NCBI GenBank assembly: GCA_031409275.1
Contig: JANNXA010000042.1
Coordinates: 1 to 58,864 of the forward strand
Reading direction: 5' to 3'
Length of the DNA stretch: 58,864 nt
Origin: Planctomycetota bacterium
Lineage (GTDB): Bacteria; Planctomycetota; B15-G4; SIAN01
The notes beneath the pieces are model-generated. The model was not told the origin of the DNA. It did not search any database and saw nothing but the letters and a program-made list of their open reading frames with translations. This document shows, piece by piece, positions 9,344 to 19,481 of the stretch. How positions within the stretch are numbered: position 1 is the first letter of the stretch; each line of letters begins with the position of its first letter. The translations under genes were made by a program, and so were the position numbers.

Positions 9344-12229
9344 TCACTCGCCTTCGATGCTCTCGAGCGGGCCATTCTCCGGCATCACCTGAAGCGTCTT
9401 CAGGAAGTCGATGACGCAGGCGGCGTTCGCCTCCGAGAGCGCCGCGTACGCATCGCGCGCGGCCTGCGCCTCGCCACCGTGCATGAGGATGGCGTCGGCG
9501 ATGGTCAGCGCCCGGCCGTGGTGCATGAAGGGCGGCTCGCTGGCGAAGCCCCAGAGCTTCTTGGTGAGGAACTGCGAGGTCGGCACGCCGCCCTGGACGA
9601 GCGTCTCGTTGTTGAGCTCGGCGCCCATGTCGTGGCGCTTCAGGTCGGTGTAGGCCGGGACGCGCACGCTGCCATCGGTCTCCGGCGCGAGGTGCGGACC
9701 GGGGCCGTGAGCGGTCAGGTCGACCTCGAAGGGCGCCGCCACATCCGCCACCGCTAGGTTGCCCGACGGGTTGAAGGGGTTGGGCTCGCTGAAGAGCGGG
9801 CTGTCGAGTGCGAGCTCGGGCACGTGACAGGTCGCGCAACCGAGCGACGCGAAGAGCTTCTCACCGCGCTCCACGGCCTTCTGTCGCTTGCCCTGCGCCG
9901 GCAGGACGCGGCCCGGCACCGGCAGGAGCGCCTGGTAGAGCGTCGTCGCCGTGACGTCGCCGCGCGAGAGCTCGTCGAGCACGCCATCGCTGTCGGCATC
10001 GACGCCGTCGCCGAACCGCTCGGACGGCTGCATGCCGTGGTGGTGGTTCATCGCGTTGTTGGTGAACTCGCGCAGCGAAACCACGACGCCCTTCTGGTGG
10101 AACGGGCGCACGATCAGGTCCGCGTTGACGCCCTGGACTCCGCTCGTGTCGACCGAGCCGTTGGCGTGCGCGGTCAGGGTGCCGAAGGAGACGCCCTTGG
10201 TCACGAGATCGACCGTCACGTCCGCGTTGTCGTTCGCCGCCTGCGCGATCGCGGCGACGCGCTGTGCGATCAGCTCCGTCGACATCTCGCGCGAGAGCAG
10301 CTCGATGAAGCCGGCGCCCCACATGCCGAGCGTGTTGCGCTCGTTGGCGGCCTGTTCGAGCGTCGGCGTCAAGCTCAAGTCATCGAGCCCGCCGTTGAAG
10401 CGCAGGAACGGGAAGCGCTGTCCGAGCACGAAGACGTTGGCGACGTTGTCGCCGCCGCCGCCCGAACGCGGCAGGTTGTGGCAGCCGCCGCAGCTGTTGG
10501 CGTCGGGGGCCGAGATGCGGTTGAAGTTCTCGGGCACCGCGTGAGCCGTGCGCGCCGAACCGGTGCCAGTGGTGGTCGGACGCCCCTGGCCGTCGAGCGT
10601 GTTGAAGAAGGCATTGAAGCCGACCTTGCCGATCGCGAAGAGCGCCTCCGGCGTGTAGACGCCCGCGTCGATGTCATCCTGATCGATGTGGCCACCGGCA
10701 AGCGCCGGCTCGTCGCCGATCGTTCCCGAGGGCGCGCCGATCACGACGCTCGACGTCGCGTCTTCCGGCAGCACCTGCAAGGTCTTCAGGAACTCGACGA
10801 TCTTCTTCTGGTCGTTGGCGGACAGCGCTTCGTACGCGAGCCGCGCGGCATCCCCTTCGCCGCCATGCATGCGGATCGCCTCGTCGATCGTCGTGGCGCG
10901 GCCATGGTGCATGAACGGTGGCTCGTTGCTCATTCCCCACAGCTTCTTGGTGAGGAAGAGGTTCCCCGCGACGCCCGCCTGCACCAGCGGCTCGGCGAGG
11001 CCGGAGCCCATGTCGTGGCGCTTCAAGTCGGTGTAGGCGCGCACCTTCACGCTGCCATCGGACTCGCGCGGCAGATGCGGCGCGGGGCCTTCCGTGGTGA
11101 GGTCGACGGTCACCGGATCGATGACGTCGACGAGGCGCAGGTTGCCGGCCGGGTTGAACGGGTTGGGCTCGCTGAAGAGCGGACTGTCGAGCGTGAGCTC
11201 GGGGACGTGGCACACGGCGCAGCCGGCCGTCGCGAAGAGCTGTTCACCGGCGATCACGGCATCGAGCTCGACGCCAGCCGGACCGGGCAGGAGCTGGCCC
11301 GGCGCGGGCAGCGTCGCTTGCCACAACGTCGCCGCGGTGATGTCGCCGGGCGTCAGCTCGTCGGCCATGCCGTCGGCATCGGCGTCGACGCCAGCGCCGA
11401 AGCGCTCCGACGACTGCATGCCGTGGTGGTGGTTCATGGCGTTGTTGGTGAACTCGCGCAGCGACGTGACCACGCCCTTCTGGTGGAACGGCTTGATCAC
11501 CAGCGTGGTGTCGACCCCCGCGACGGCGCTCGTGTCGAGCGAGCCGTTGGCGTGCGCCGTGATCGAACCGAAACCGACTCCCTTGGCGACGAGCGGCAAC
11601 GTGACATCGCTGCCCGCCGTCGCCGCCTGATCGATCGCATCGTCTCGGATCGCCTGCAGCTCGGTCGTCATCTCGCGGGCGAGCAGCTCGATGAAGCCGG
11701 CACCGAACATCCCGAGCGTGTTGCGCTCGTTGGCGACATCCTGAAGCGTGTGGGTCTGATTGCCGTCGCCGATGCCGCCGTCGAAGTTGACGAACTCGAA
11801 GCGCTGCCCGAGCACGAAGACGTTGGCGACGTTGTCACCGCCGCCGCCGACGCGAGGGATGCTGTGGCAACCGGCGCAGGAGTTGGCGTCCGGGCCCGAG
11901 ATGCGGTTCATCTTCTGCGTGCCTTCGCGGCGGTTGCGCGCGACACCAGTACCCGTCGTCTCGGGTCGCATCGCGCCGTCGAGTTCGTTGAAGCTGCCCG
12001 CGAAGAGGAGCGCGCCGGCATCGAGCACCTGCTCGAGCGGCACGCGGCCAAGCTCGAGCGCGCGCTGGTCGAGGTGACTCCCGAGCACGCCGCTGTCGCC
12101 TTGCGCGGTGAAAGGCGTCTCCTCGTGACTGCTCTTGCGCCAGCAACCCGCGGCGAGTGCCGCAGTGGAAAGGAGCAGGAGTCGAGAATTCCCGCGTCGA
12201 ACGCTGCGGACCGCACGAACATGAACCAT
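9344..12229 (-). CDS. Lipoprotein with two tandem di-haem oxidoreductase (DHOR-like) modules, 4 CxxCH
   Basis: LAAGC lipobox; CAGCH, CAVCH, CGGCH, CATCH; duplicated RNTLGM.GAGFIE, YTDLKRHDMG, LWG, PPFMHHGRA. Confidence 0.85.
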   Translation of the reverse strand: MVHVRAVRSVRRGNSRLLLLSTAALAAGCWRKSSHEETPFTAQGDSGVLGSHLDQRALELGRVPLEQVLDAGALLFAGSFNELDGAMRPETTGTGVARNRREGTQKMNRISGPDANSCAGCHSIPRVGGGGDNVANVFVLGQRFEFVNFDGGIGDGNQTHTLQDVANERNTLGMFGAGFIELLAREMTTELQAIRDDAIDQAATAGSDVTLPLVAKGVGFGSITAHANGSLDTSAVAGVDTTLVIKPFHQKGVVTSLREFTNNAMNHHHGMQSSERFGAGVDADADGMADELTPGDITAATLWQATLPAPGQLLPGPAGVELDAVIAGEQLFATAGCAVCHVPELTLDSPLFSEPNPFNPAGNLRLVDVIDPVTVDLTTEGPAPHLPRESDGSVKVRAYTDLKRHDMGSGLAEPLVQAGVAGNLFLTKKLWGMSNEPPFMHHGRATTIDEAIRMHGGEGDAARLAYEALSANDQKKIVEFLKTLQVLPEDATSSVVIGAPSGTIGDEPALAGGHIDQDDIDAGVYTPEALFAIGKVGFNAFFNTLDGQGRPTTTGTGSARTAHAVPENFNRISAPDANSCGGCHNLPRSGGGGDNVANVFVLGQRFPFLRFNGGLDDLSLTPTLEQAANERNTLGMWGAGFIELLSREMSTELIAQRVAAIAQAANDNADVTVDLVTKGVSFGTLTAHANGSVDTSGVQGVNADLIVRPFHQKGVVVSLREFTNNAMNHHHGMQPSERFGDGVDADSDGVLDELSRGDVTATTLYQALLPVPGRVLPAQGKRQKAVERGEKLFASLGCATCHVPELALDSPLFSEPNPFNPSGNLAVADVAAPFEVDLTAHGPGPHLAPETDGSVRVPAYTDLKRHDMGAELNNETLVQGGVPTSQFLTKKLWGFASEPPFMHHGRALTIADAILMHGGEAQAARDAYAALSEANAACVIDFLKTLQVMPENGPLESIEGE

Positions 12230-12293
12230 CGCTGGATCCCCTGATGAAGCCGGCGTGCCCGAAAGGAGCTGGGCGGCCGGGCCTCTGGACATA

Positions 12294-12308
12294 GCACGTT
12301 CGGCACCA
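12294..12308 (-). promoter_or_regulatory. Possible sigma-54 promoter of the DHOR gene
   Basis: TGGTGCCGAACGTGC: GG-N10-GC spacing, about 65 bp upstream of ATG 12229. Confidence 0.3.
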
Positions 12309-12398
12309 AATGGCCGCCAACTGGAATGAACGGCCGATCGGGAACGGTGACTCAGTCGCGTGGGGACAGGAAGTCCCTCAGTGCCCCGATCCGACGGG

Positions 12399-13343
12399 TC
12401 ATCCAGCCCGATCGGCAGCGACGACAACCTTGGCTAGCTCGGCCAACGCCGCGGGCAAAGGCTGCGGCTCCGGCAACCCCTCCGACGCGATTCGATCGCT
12501 CGCCAACGAGACGTCGCGCGGCCGGCCGCCGCCGAGCTCGGACTGCGCGGCGGGGACAAGGCGGCGCAACGGCGCGCCGGCGGCCACCGGAAACGCCGCA
12601 TCGATCGCCTGGCCGAGCGCGAAGCGGTCGATCCGCGTCGGCCCCGCCACATGCAACGTGCCCGTCAACCGCTTCGCCAGCGCCGCATCGACCACGCGCG
12701 CGAGGTCGAGCACCGAGACCGGCGTGCGCCACTCGTCGGTGAAGAGTCGCACCTCGCGCTCCGCCGGTGCGTGACGCACGAAGTCGAGCGCACCGCTCGC
12801 TCCGTCAGCCGACGGCGCCAGCACCAACGCGGTCCGCAGCACCAACGCGTCCGCGCCGCTCGCCACGAGCGCCTGCTCCGCGGCGACCTTGCTGGCGCCA
12901 TACGCGTGCAGCGGCGCCGGTGCGTCCGCTTCGCGATAGCCCGGAGCGCGGCCCTCCTGCCACGTGCGATCGCCAGCGAAGACCTGGTCGGTCGAGAAGA
13001 GGATGAAGTGCGCGCCGTCGCGCGCCGCACCACGCGCCAGTCGAGTCGTCGTGGCGACGTTCATCCGCTGTGCGAGTGGAGGATCGCGCGCGCAATCGGG
13101 CAGCGAGGCGAGCGCGGCGAGGTGGACGATCGCCTGCGGCTCGACCTGCTCGAGCAGCGACTCGATCGCGCCCGGAGCGAGCAGATCGCACGCCAGCGCC
13201 TGGTCCCCGCGACGCAGCGGCGCCGGCGCGCGTCGACGATGGGTGACGACGACGACTCGCCAGCGCGCGAACGCATGCCGGTAGAGCGGCGCACCGACCA
13301 ATCCGGTGGCGCCAGTGAGCAGCAGCGTCGGTTGCGTCCCCAT
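12399..13343 (-). CDS. Extended SDR, dTDP-4-dehydrorhamnose reductase (RmlD)-like
   Basis: LLTGATGLVG, IVHLAA, FSTDQVF, YGASK (YxxxK), LFTDEWRTP, RPRDVSL. Confidence 0.85.
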   Translation of the reverse strand: MGTQPTLLLTGATGLVGAPLYRHAFARWRVVVVTHRRRAPAPLRRGDQALACDLLAPGAIESLLEQVEPQAIVHLAALASLPDCARDPPLAQRMNVATTTRLARGAARDGAHFILFSTDQVFAGDRTWQEGRAPGYREADAPAPLHAYGASKVAAEQALVASGADALVLRTALVLAPSADGASGALDFVRHAPAEREVRLFTDEWRTPVSVLDLARVVDAALAKRLTGTLHVAGPTRIDRFALGQAIDAAFPVAAGAPLRRLVPAAQSELGGGRPRDVSLASDRIASEGLPEPQPLPAALAELAKVVVAADRAG

Positions 13344-13386
13344 CAGCTCCAGCCACGAGAGCGGGCGACGATACAATCCCGCCCCC

Positions 13387-14265
13387 ATGACTCCTGCCGC
13401 CGCCGCCCGTACTGCCAGGATCCGCGACCTCGTCGTCGGAGCCAATCGACCGCTCGCGCTGCTGGCCGGCCCCTGCGTCGTCGAAGGCGAAGCGATCACG
13501 CTGCGCATCGCCGAGCGCGTGATCGCGCAGGCCCGCGCCGCCGGACTGCCGATCGTCTTCAAGGCCTCCTTCGACAAGGCCAATCGCACTTCGGGCAAGT
13601 CGTTCCGCGGCCTCGGCGCCGACGCGGCGCTCGCGGTCCTCGCGAAGGTGAAGCGCACCTTCGACGTGCCGTTGGTCACCGACATCCACTTGCCCGAGCA
13701 CGCCGCGCTGGCGGCCCAGGTGGTCGACCTGCTGCAGATCCCGGCCTTCCTGTGCCGGCAGACCGACCTGTTGCTGGCCGCCGCCGCCGCTTCCGTCGCG
13801 ACCGGTTGCGCCATCAACGTCAAGAAGGGGCAGTGGCTCTCGCCCGAGGAGATGGAGCACGTCGTGCGCAAGCTGCGCGACGCGGGTGCCAAGGAGGTGA
13901 TCGTCACCGACCGCGGCACCTTCTTCGGCTACCACCGCCTCGTGAACGACTTCGCCTCGATCCCGATCATGCAGCGCCACGGAGTGCCGGTCTGCTTCGA
14001 CGCGACCCACTCGGTGCAGCAGCCCGGCGGCGCCGGCGACAAGAGCGGCGGCAATCGCCGCATGGCGCCGACGCTCGCGCGCGCCGCCGTCGCCGTGGGC
14101 GCCGACCTCGTCTTCATGGAAGTGCACGAGAATCCGGACGCCGCGCTTTCGGACGGCCCGAACTCGCTTCCGCTCGAAGTGCTGCCGCGCGTCTTCGCCG
14201 CCCTGCGTCGACTGCGCGAGCAGGCCCTGGCCGATCCGCCCGGCAGCGAGTTCGACGGTGAATGA
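13387..14265 (+). CDS. kdsA: KDO8P synthase
   Basis: AGPCVVE, FKASFDKANRTS, LQIPAFLCRQTDL, NVKKGQW, FDATHSVQQPGG, MEVHENPD, SDGPN. Confidence 0.96.
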   Translation: MTPAAAARTARIRDLVVGANRPLALLAGPCVVEGEAITLRIAERVIAQARAAGLPIVFKASFDKANRTSGKSFRGLGADAALAVLAKVKRTFDVPLVTDIHLPEHAALAAQVVDLLQIPAFLCRQTDLLLAAAAASVATGCAINVKKGQWLSPEEMEHVVRKLRDAGAKEVIVTDRGTFFGYHRLVNDFASIPIMQRHGVPVCFDATHSVQQPGGAGDKSGGNRRMAPTLARAAVAVGADLVFMEVHENPDAALSDGPNSLPLEVLPRVFAALRRLREQALADPPGSEFDGE

Positions 14266-16711
14266 CGGCCCCGATGCATCCGCCGAGCGGCTCCCGCTGC
14301 AGGAGCTGGTCGGCACCGTGCTCGGCGAGTACACGATCCGCCGCATCCTCGGATTCGGATCGATGGGCGTCGTCTTCGAGGCGCACCACACCAAGCTCGA
14401 TCGCCGCGTCGCGCTGAAGGCGCTGCCGCCGGGGCTCGGCGCCACGGAGAAGGCGATCCAGCGCTTCCTGCGCGAGGCGCAGGCGGTGGCGCAGCTCACG
14501 CACGAGCACATCGTCCCGATCTACGAGATCAGCCAGACCGGCGCGATCCACTGGTACGCGATGCGCTTCCTCGACGGCGAGCCGCTCGACCGCACGCTGA
14601 AGCGCGGACGCCTCGACCCAAACGAGGCGGCGCGCCTCCTGCAGACGGCCGCGCGCGCGATCCACTTCGCCCACCAGCACGGGATCATCCACCGCGACAT
14701 CAAGCCGGCGAACATGATCGTCGAGCACGACGGCAAGCTCGTCATCACCGACTTCGGCCTCGCGCGCCCCGAGCAAGGCGGCGGCATCACCGATTCGGGC
14801 GCGATGGTCGGCACGCCGCGCTACATGAGCCCGGAACAGATCCGCGCGCGCAAGGGCGAGGTCGACCGGCGCACCGACATCTGGTCGCTAGGCGCCACGC
14901 TCTACGAGGCGGTTGCGGGCGAGCCGCCCTTCCCCGGCGAGTCGACACAGGAGATCCTGCAGCAGATCCTCGACGTCGATCCGCGCTCGCCGCGCAGCCT
15001 GCGCCCCGACCTGCCGTTCGACCTCGAGGTCATCATCCTCAAGGCGATGGAGAAGGAACCCAAGCGCCGCTACGCCTCCGCACTCGCTTTCGCGCAGGAC
15101 CTCGAGCGCTTCCTCGAGGGCGAGCCGATCGTGGCGCGGCGCACCTCCATCGTGAAGCGCTCGCTGCGCCGCCTCTCCAAGCACAAGGCGATCGTCGGCC
15201 TCACCGCGGCGATCGTCCTCATCGTGCTGACGTTCGGTTGGATCACCAAGCGGTCGCGCGATCAGCAGAATGACCGCATGTTCCGCGACAAGCTCGAGCA
15301 GGCGCGCGGAAGCTTCGCGGACGAGAACTTCGCGGACGCCGACCAGAACTACGACGACGCGCTGCGCCTGCGCGCGAACGATGTCGAGGCACTGCTCGGC
15401 CGCGCGCGCGCCCGCTGCTTCCTCTCCCAGGAATGGGAACGCGAGCTCGCCGCCGATCCGAACGCGCTCCCGACGCTGAAGCAGGCGTGGGGATCGCCCG
15501 ACAAGCTCTACGCCGCGGCGTTTCGCGATCTCGAAGCCGTCGAGAGGGACCTGCCCGACCAGCCGCTCGCCTGCTTCTATCGCGGGTTCCTGCGCTGGCG
15601 CTCGCGCGTGGCGCTGGAGCGTGACCGCGGCTTCGAGGACCTCTTCCGCGCCGAGACGCTGGGCGCGGGAGATTGGGAGACGCAGCTCGAGTTCGCCCGT
15701 TTCCGCTTCGGGCTCGCGCGCGATGAACGGCGCGACGAGAGCCAGCGCGGCGAGTTGTTGCAGCATGCGCTCACCAACGCGACGCGCGCCGTGCAGATGC
15801 TGGAGGACGCCTCGACGCACCACCCGACCGCCTTGCTCGACCGCTGGCGGTTCCGCGCGCACAAGCTGCGCGCCGACGTCTACCAGCGCCTCTACGAGTC
15901 GGGCGGCAACCTGAAGACCTACCTCGAGCTGGCGCTGAGCGACCTCGTCGCCGCGTTGGCGATCGACCGCGAGCGAGACGTGCTGACGCGGCAACAGCGC
16001 GACTTCGTGAAGGGGCTGCTCGACGAAGCGGCCCGCCCCGCCCCGACGAGCAGCGGCGTAGCCCAGATGCGTCCCGACGCGCGGCCGCTGCCAGGCATCG
16101 CGCGCGATCTGCTCAAGCTGTTCGACTCGGCGCCGATGAGCGAGAAGAGCGAGACGATCGCCAAGCTGCTGAAGAGCGGTGGCGCGGCGCTCTCGCCCCT
16201 CGTCGATCCGCTGCTCGAAAACGTCGGCACCTTGCGGGAAGGGTTGATGGACCGCTTCATCAACCCGTTCCTCCCCGCCGGCGCGACGGTCAGCGATGCG
16301 GCCCGCACGACCGCCGAGACCAGCGCCCAGAAGGCGCGCCACCTGTTGCAGGAAGCGCTGAAGAGCGGGACGGTGACGCGCGCCGTGCGCGAGCAGGCGC
16401 GCGATCATCTGCGCGCTGCCGCCGCCGCCAACCCGCGCAACGCGCAGTACCACTTCGAGCTCGCCGTCGTCGAGCAGGACCTCGGCGAGCTGGTCGACGC
16501 GCGCAGCCATCTCGAGCGCGCCACCGCCATCGCGCCGAGCAACCCGCTCTTCTTCAGCCAACTGGCGCTGGTCTGCGAAGGGCTCGATGACTTCGCCAAG
16601 GCCATCGAGCACGCCCACCAGGCGGCGCTGCTCGCGCCTGGGATCGCGGAGTTCCAGGCGCTCGAAACGCGGCTGCGCGACGATGCCGCGACGCAGCAGC
16701 AGGACGGCTGA
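14258..16711 (+). CDS. Membrane-anchored Hanks-type Ser/Thr protein kinase with TPR-like C-terminal region
   Basis: GFGSMG, VALK, HRDIKPAN, DFGLA, GTPRYMSPEQ, TDIWSLG; TM helix; helical TPR-like repeats; overlaps kdsA stop. Confidence 0.92.
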   Translation: MNDGPDASAERLPLQELVGTVLGEYTIRRILGFGSMGVVFEAHHTKLDRRVALKALPPGLGATEKAIQRFLREAQAVAQLTHEHIVPIYEISQTGAIHWYAMRFLDGEPLDRTLKRGRLDPNEAARLLQTAARAIHFAHQHGIIHRDIKPANMIVEHDGKLVITDFGLARPEQGGGITDSGAMVGTPRYMSPEQIRARKGEVDRRTDIWSLGATLYEAVAGEPPFPGESTQEILQQILDVDPRSPRSLRPDLPFDLEVIILKAMEKEPKRRYASALAFAQDLERFLEGEPIVARRTSIVKRSLRRLSKHKAIVGLTAAIVLIVLTFGWITKRSRDQQNDRMFRDKLEQARGSFADENFADADQNYDDALRLRANDVEALLGRARARCFLSQEWERELAADPNALPTLKQAWGSPDKLYAAAFRDLEAVERDLPDQPLACFYRGFLRWRSRVALERDRGFEDLFRAETLGAGDWETQLEFARFRFGLARDERRDESQRGELLQHALTNATRAVQMLEDASTHHPTALLDRWRFRAHKLRADVYQRLYESGGNLKTYLELALSDLVAALAIDRERDVLTRQQRDFVKGLLDEAARPAPTSSGVAQMRPDARPLPGIARDLLKLFDSAPMSEKSETIAKLLKSGGAALSPLVDPLLENVGTLREGLMDRFINPFLPAGATVSDAARTTAETSAQKARHLLQEALKSGTVTRAVREQARDHLRAAAAANPRNAQYHFELAVVEQDLGELVDARSHLERATAIAPSNPLFFSQLALVCEGLDDFAKAIEHAHQAALLAPGIAEFQALETRLRDDAATQQQDG

Positions 16712-16821
16712 GCGGCAGGAGAACAAAAGGAGCGCGCCGAGCCCTCTCCTGCGAGATGACCCGGCGCGCTGCGATGCAGTCCATCAATTCCGGCCGCGAC
16801 TCGACGTCGCGCCGAAGTGTC

Positions 16822-17670
16822 TCAGAAGCGCAAGACGACTCCGGCCCAGTAGCCGTCGACGTCACCGGTGTTCTTGCCGTCGAGCGTCGTCTTCCAGCCG
16901 AGCGTGACACCAACCGTGTCGTTCAGGCGCGCGTAGAGCGACACGCCGGCGCGATCCGATTCCTCCTGGACGGCAGGGAAGTCACCCTGGCCGATGTCGA
17001 TGTCGCCATCGCTGGTGACGGTGCTGTAGAAGGGCATGACCGTCACGTACTGGGTGACCGGAACACCGAGCGTCAGGTTGAGCGGGACCTCGTTGCCCGG
17101 CTGTTCGGTGCGATAGTCGAAACCGCCTTCGAGCGCGAGGAAGACGCCGAAGTCGAAGCGGTACTGGGCGATGGCGCGCGCCCGATAGTCGATCTGGCCG
17201 TCGCCAAGCGCAGTGACCGCGTTGGCCTGGTAGTGGCTCATCGGGATCTTGACCGACGGCGCCGCCAGGAAGGAGAAGGCGCCGGGACCGAGGCGCTGCT
17301 CGAAGACGCGCCACTTGACGCCGAGCGACATGTCCTGCAGCTGGCGCTCATCGCGGAAGTTCGCGGTGCCGTCGTTCTCCGCTTCGACCAGCGCGAACGA
17401 ACCGACGAGGTCGAGATCTTCGCGCAGGCCGTGCGCCACATAGAGGTTGAGCGACTCGCGAGTGACCTCGCCGACGCCCGGATCCTTCACCTTGTTGTCG
17501 CCGACCCAGAAGTGGTCGTACGAGTCCATCGCGTAGGTGATGGCGACGTCCGTGCGACCGGTGCCGCGGAGGAAGCCGTTGTCGCCCTGCGCGACAGCGC
17601 GCCCGGAAATCGCCGCCACCGCGGCGGCCAGCGTGAACGCCACGCGAGAGTTCGAACCCAGTCGATTCAT
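16822..17670 (-). CDS. Outer-membrane beta-barrel protein (MetA-pathway/transporter-like)
   Basis: Signal peptide ending AVA-Q; DMSLGVKWR, alternating beta strands, C-terminal YWAGVVLRF. Confidence 0.65.
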   Translation of the reverse strand: MNRLGSNSRVAFTLAAAVAAISGRAVAQGDNGFLRGTGRTDVAITYAMDSYDHFWVGDNKVKDPGVGEVTRESLNLYVAHGLREDLDLVGSFALVEAENDGTANFRDERQLQDMSLGVKWRVFEQRLGPGAFSFLAAPSVKIPMSHYQANAVTALGDGQIDYRARAIAQYRFDFGVFLALEGGFDYRTEQPGNEVPLNLTLGVPVTQYVTVMPFYSTVTSDGDIDIGQGDFPAVQEESDRAGVSLYARLNDTVGVTLGWKTTLDGKNTGDVDGYWAGVVLRF

Positions 17671-17754
17671 GGAACGGTTCCTTACCGAAGAGTCGGCGCG
17701 ACCCGCGCCCACGGCACAACGATCGTGACCCTTCACGACCGCGTCGGGAGCTTG

Positions 17755-17769
17755 GCGAACGGGGTGCCA
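17755..17769 (-). promoter_or_regulatory. Probable sigma-54 (-24/-12) promoter of the beta-barrel gene
   Basis: TGGCACCCCGTTCGC matches TGGCAC-N5-TTGC with one mismatch, about 85 bp upstream of ATG 17670. Confidence 0.5.
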
Positions 17770-17963
17770 CACCGTCAACTGCGGGCGCAGGGAGGCGCCC
17801 CGAAATGGCATGGCCCGCACGGGACTCTTCGGCTCACGCATTGACGCCGAACCGGCCGATCTGACCCGCGGCCGTCGGAGATCCGACGCGCCACTCCGGC
17901 AATCCGCCTCGGCGCGCGATCTGCATTGGCCCGCCCATTCCAAGTTCCAGGGAGCCTCGTTCC

Positions 17964-19313
17964 ATGCGCATCGGTTTCTCGTCCACCTTGATCGCCGTCG
18001 CCCTGTGCTGCAGCACCGGGTGCCAGCGCGTCAGCCACGACCGCGCCCCGACCTCGGAGGCGACGGCGCAGTTCGACGCCAGCGTCGCCACGCGCTGGAT
18101 GCAGACGCTCTACGACGTGGTGAAGACCAACGCCGGCCTTTCTCCGCCGGTCGCGTCGCGCGCCTACGGCTACGCGGGCGTGACGCTCTGGGAGTGCGTG
18201 GTGCCAGGCATGCCGGGCCATCAGTCGCTCGCCGGTCAGCTGAACGAGTTCACCGGCGTGCCGCAGCCTTCCGGAATCGTCGACTACCGCGCGGTCGCCA
18301 ACACCGCGCTCGCCGCGGTGATCCAGGGCGGGATCATCCCGGCCATCAACGGCACGAACGTCACGCGCGTCACGGACCTCGAAGCGGACATCAACGGCGA
18401 GCTCGCGCTCGAAGTCGATCCCAGCGTCCTCCAGCGCTCGAACGACCTCGGTGCCGACATCGCGGCCGCGATCCTGACCTGGGTCGCGGGCGATGGCTTC
18501 ACGATCTTCAACAACTGCACCTACACGCCGCCGGTCGGCCCCGGTCTTTGGGTGGCGCTCAGCGGACAGACGGCGCTGCAGCCGTGCTGGGACCTGATTC
18601 GCCCCTTCGTGCTGCTGCCGGCCAGCGAGTGCGCTCCGATCGCCCATCCGACCTTCAGCGAGACGCTCGGTTCCGCGTTTCGCAACGAGGCGCAGGAAGT
18701 CGTCGACACGTGCGGTGACGCCGGCGCGGGCCTGACGGTCGATCAAGACGCAATCGCCCGCTTCTGGGCCGACGGCCCCGGAGCCACCGGCACGCCGCCG
18801 GGCCACTGGATCTCGATCACCGCGCAGATCTGCGACGACGATGGCGAGACGCTCGCGGTGGCCGCCGAGGCCTACGCGAAGCTCGGCATCGCGGTCGCCG
18901 ACGCGTTCATCTCCTGCTGGCAGACCAAGTACCAGTACAACCTCGAGCGGCCGATCACCTACATCCAGCGCGTCATCGACGCGAACTGGGATCCGCTGCT
19001 GGCGACGCCGGGCTTCCCCGAATACACGTCGGGCCACTCGGTGCAGTCCGGCGCGGCTGCAACGGTGCTGACCAACGTGCTCGGCGCGCGTGCCTTCACC
19101 GACAACACCCACACGATCCACAATGACTTGGTCGGCGCCGGCAACACGGTCCCGCCCGCGCGCAACTTCACCGACTTCGACACCGCCGCGCAGGAAGCTG
19201 CCGATTCGCGCCTGTTCGGCGGCATCCACTTCCGTGCCGCCATCGACAACGGCGTCGCGCAAGGCGTCTGCGTCGGGACCGAAGTGCTCGACAACCTGCA
19301 ATTCCTGAAGTGA
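17964..19313 (+). CDS. Vanadium-dependent haloperoxidase-like (PAP2 superfamily) lipoprotein
   Basis: SPPVASRAY, TPPGHW, WQTKYQYNLERP, TPGFPEYTSGHS, SRLFGGIHF; Cys-containing signal peptide. Confidence 0.88.
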   Translation: MRIGFSSTLIAVALCCSTGCQRVSHDRAPTSEATAQFDASVATRWMQTLYDVVKTNAGLSPPVASRAYGYAGVTLWECVVPGMPGHQSLAGQLNEFTGVPQPSGIVDYRAVANTALAAVIQGGIIPAINGTNVTRVTDLEADINGELALEVDPSVLQRSNDLGADIAAAILTWVAGDGFTIFNNCTYTPPVGPGLWVALSGQTALQPCWDLIRPFVLLPASECAPIAHPTFSETLGSAFRNEAQEVVDTCGDAGAGLTVDQDAIARFWADGPGATGTPPGHWISITAQICDDDGETLAVAAEAYAKLGIAVADAFISCWQTKYQYNLERPITYIQRVIDANWDPLLATPGFPEYTSGHSVQSGAAATVLTNVLGARAFTDNTHTIHNDLVGAGNTVPPARNFTDFDTAAQEAADSRLFGGIHFRAAIDNGVAQGVCVGTEVLDNLQFLK

Positions 19314-19423
19314 GACCTGCCCGGTCCTGAGAAGGGGTGGGAACGGGGGCTGCGGCACGGACCACCCTGGCCGTGCCGTGGCGCCTCGCGAGAGCTGCCT
19401 GCGCGACCGGGCAGCCCTCGGCT

Positions 19424-19462
19424 GCGGGCGCTGCCTGGGAAACCGGGCGGCGCCTGCTTTTT
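19424..19462 (+). terminator. Intrinsic terminator after the haloperoxidase gene
   Basis: 15-bp stem GCGGGCGCTGCCTGG-GAAA-CCGGGCGGCGCCTGC (with G-U pairs) followed by TTTTT. Confidence 0.7.
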
Positions 19463-19481
19463 CCTGCGCGCACTGCCGGCG

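Noticed and set aside
12241..12264. Hammerhead ribozyme core (CTGATGA...GAAA)
   Set aside because: Stem II cannot form (A-C and C-C at its base) and no stem III/NUH partner is present
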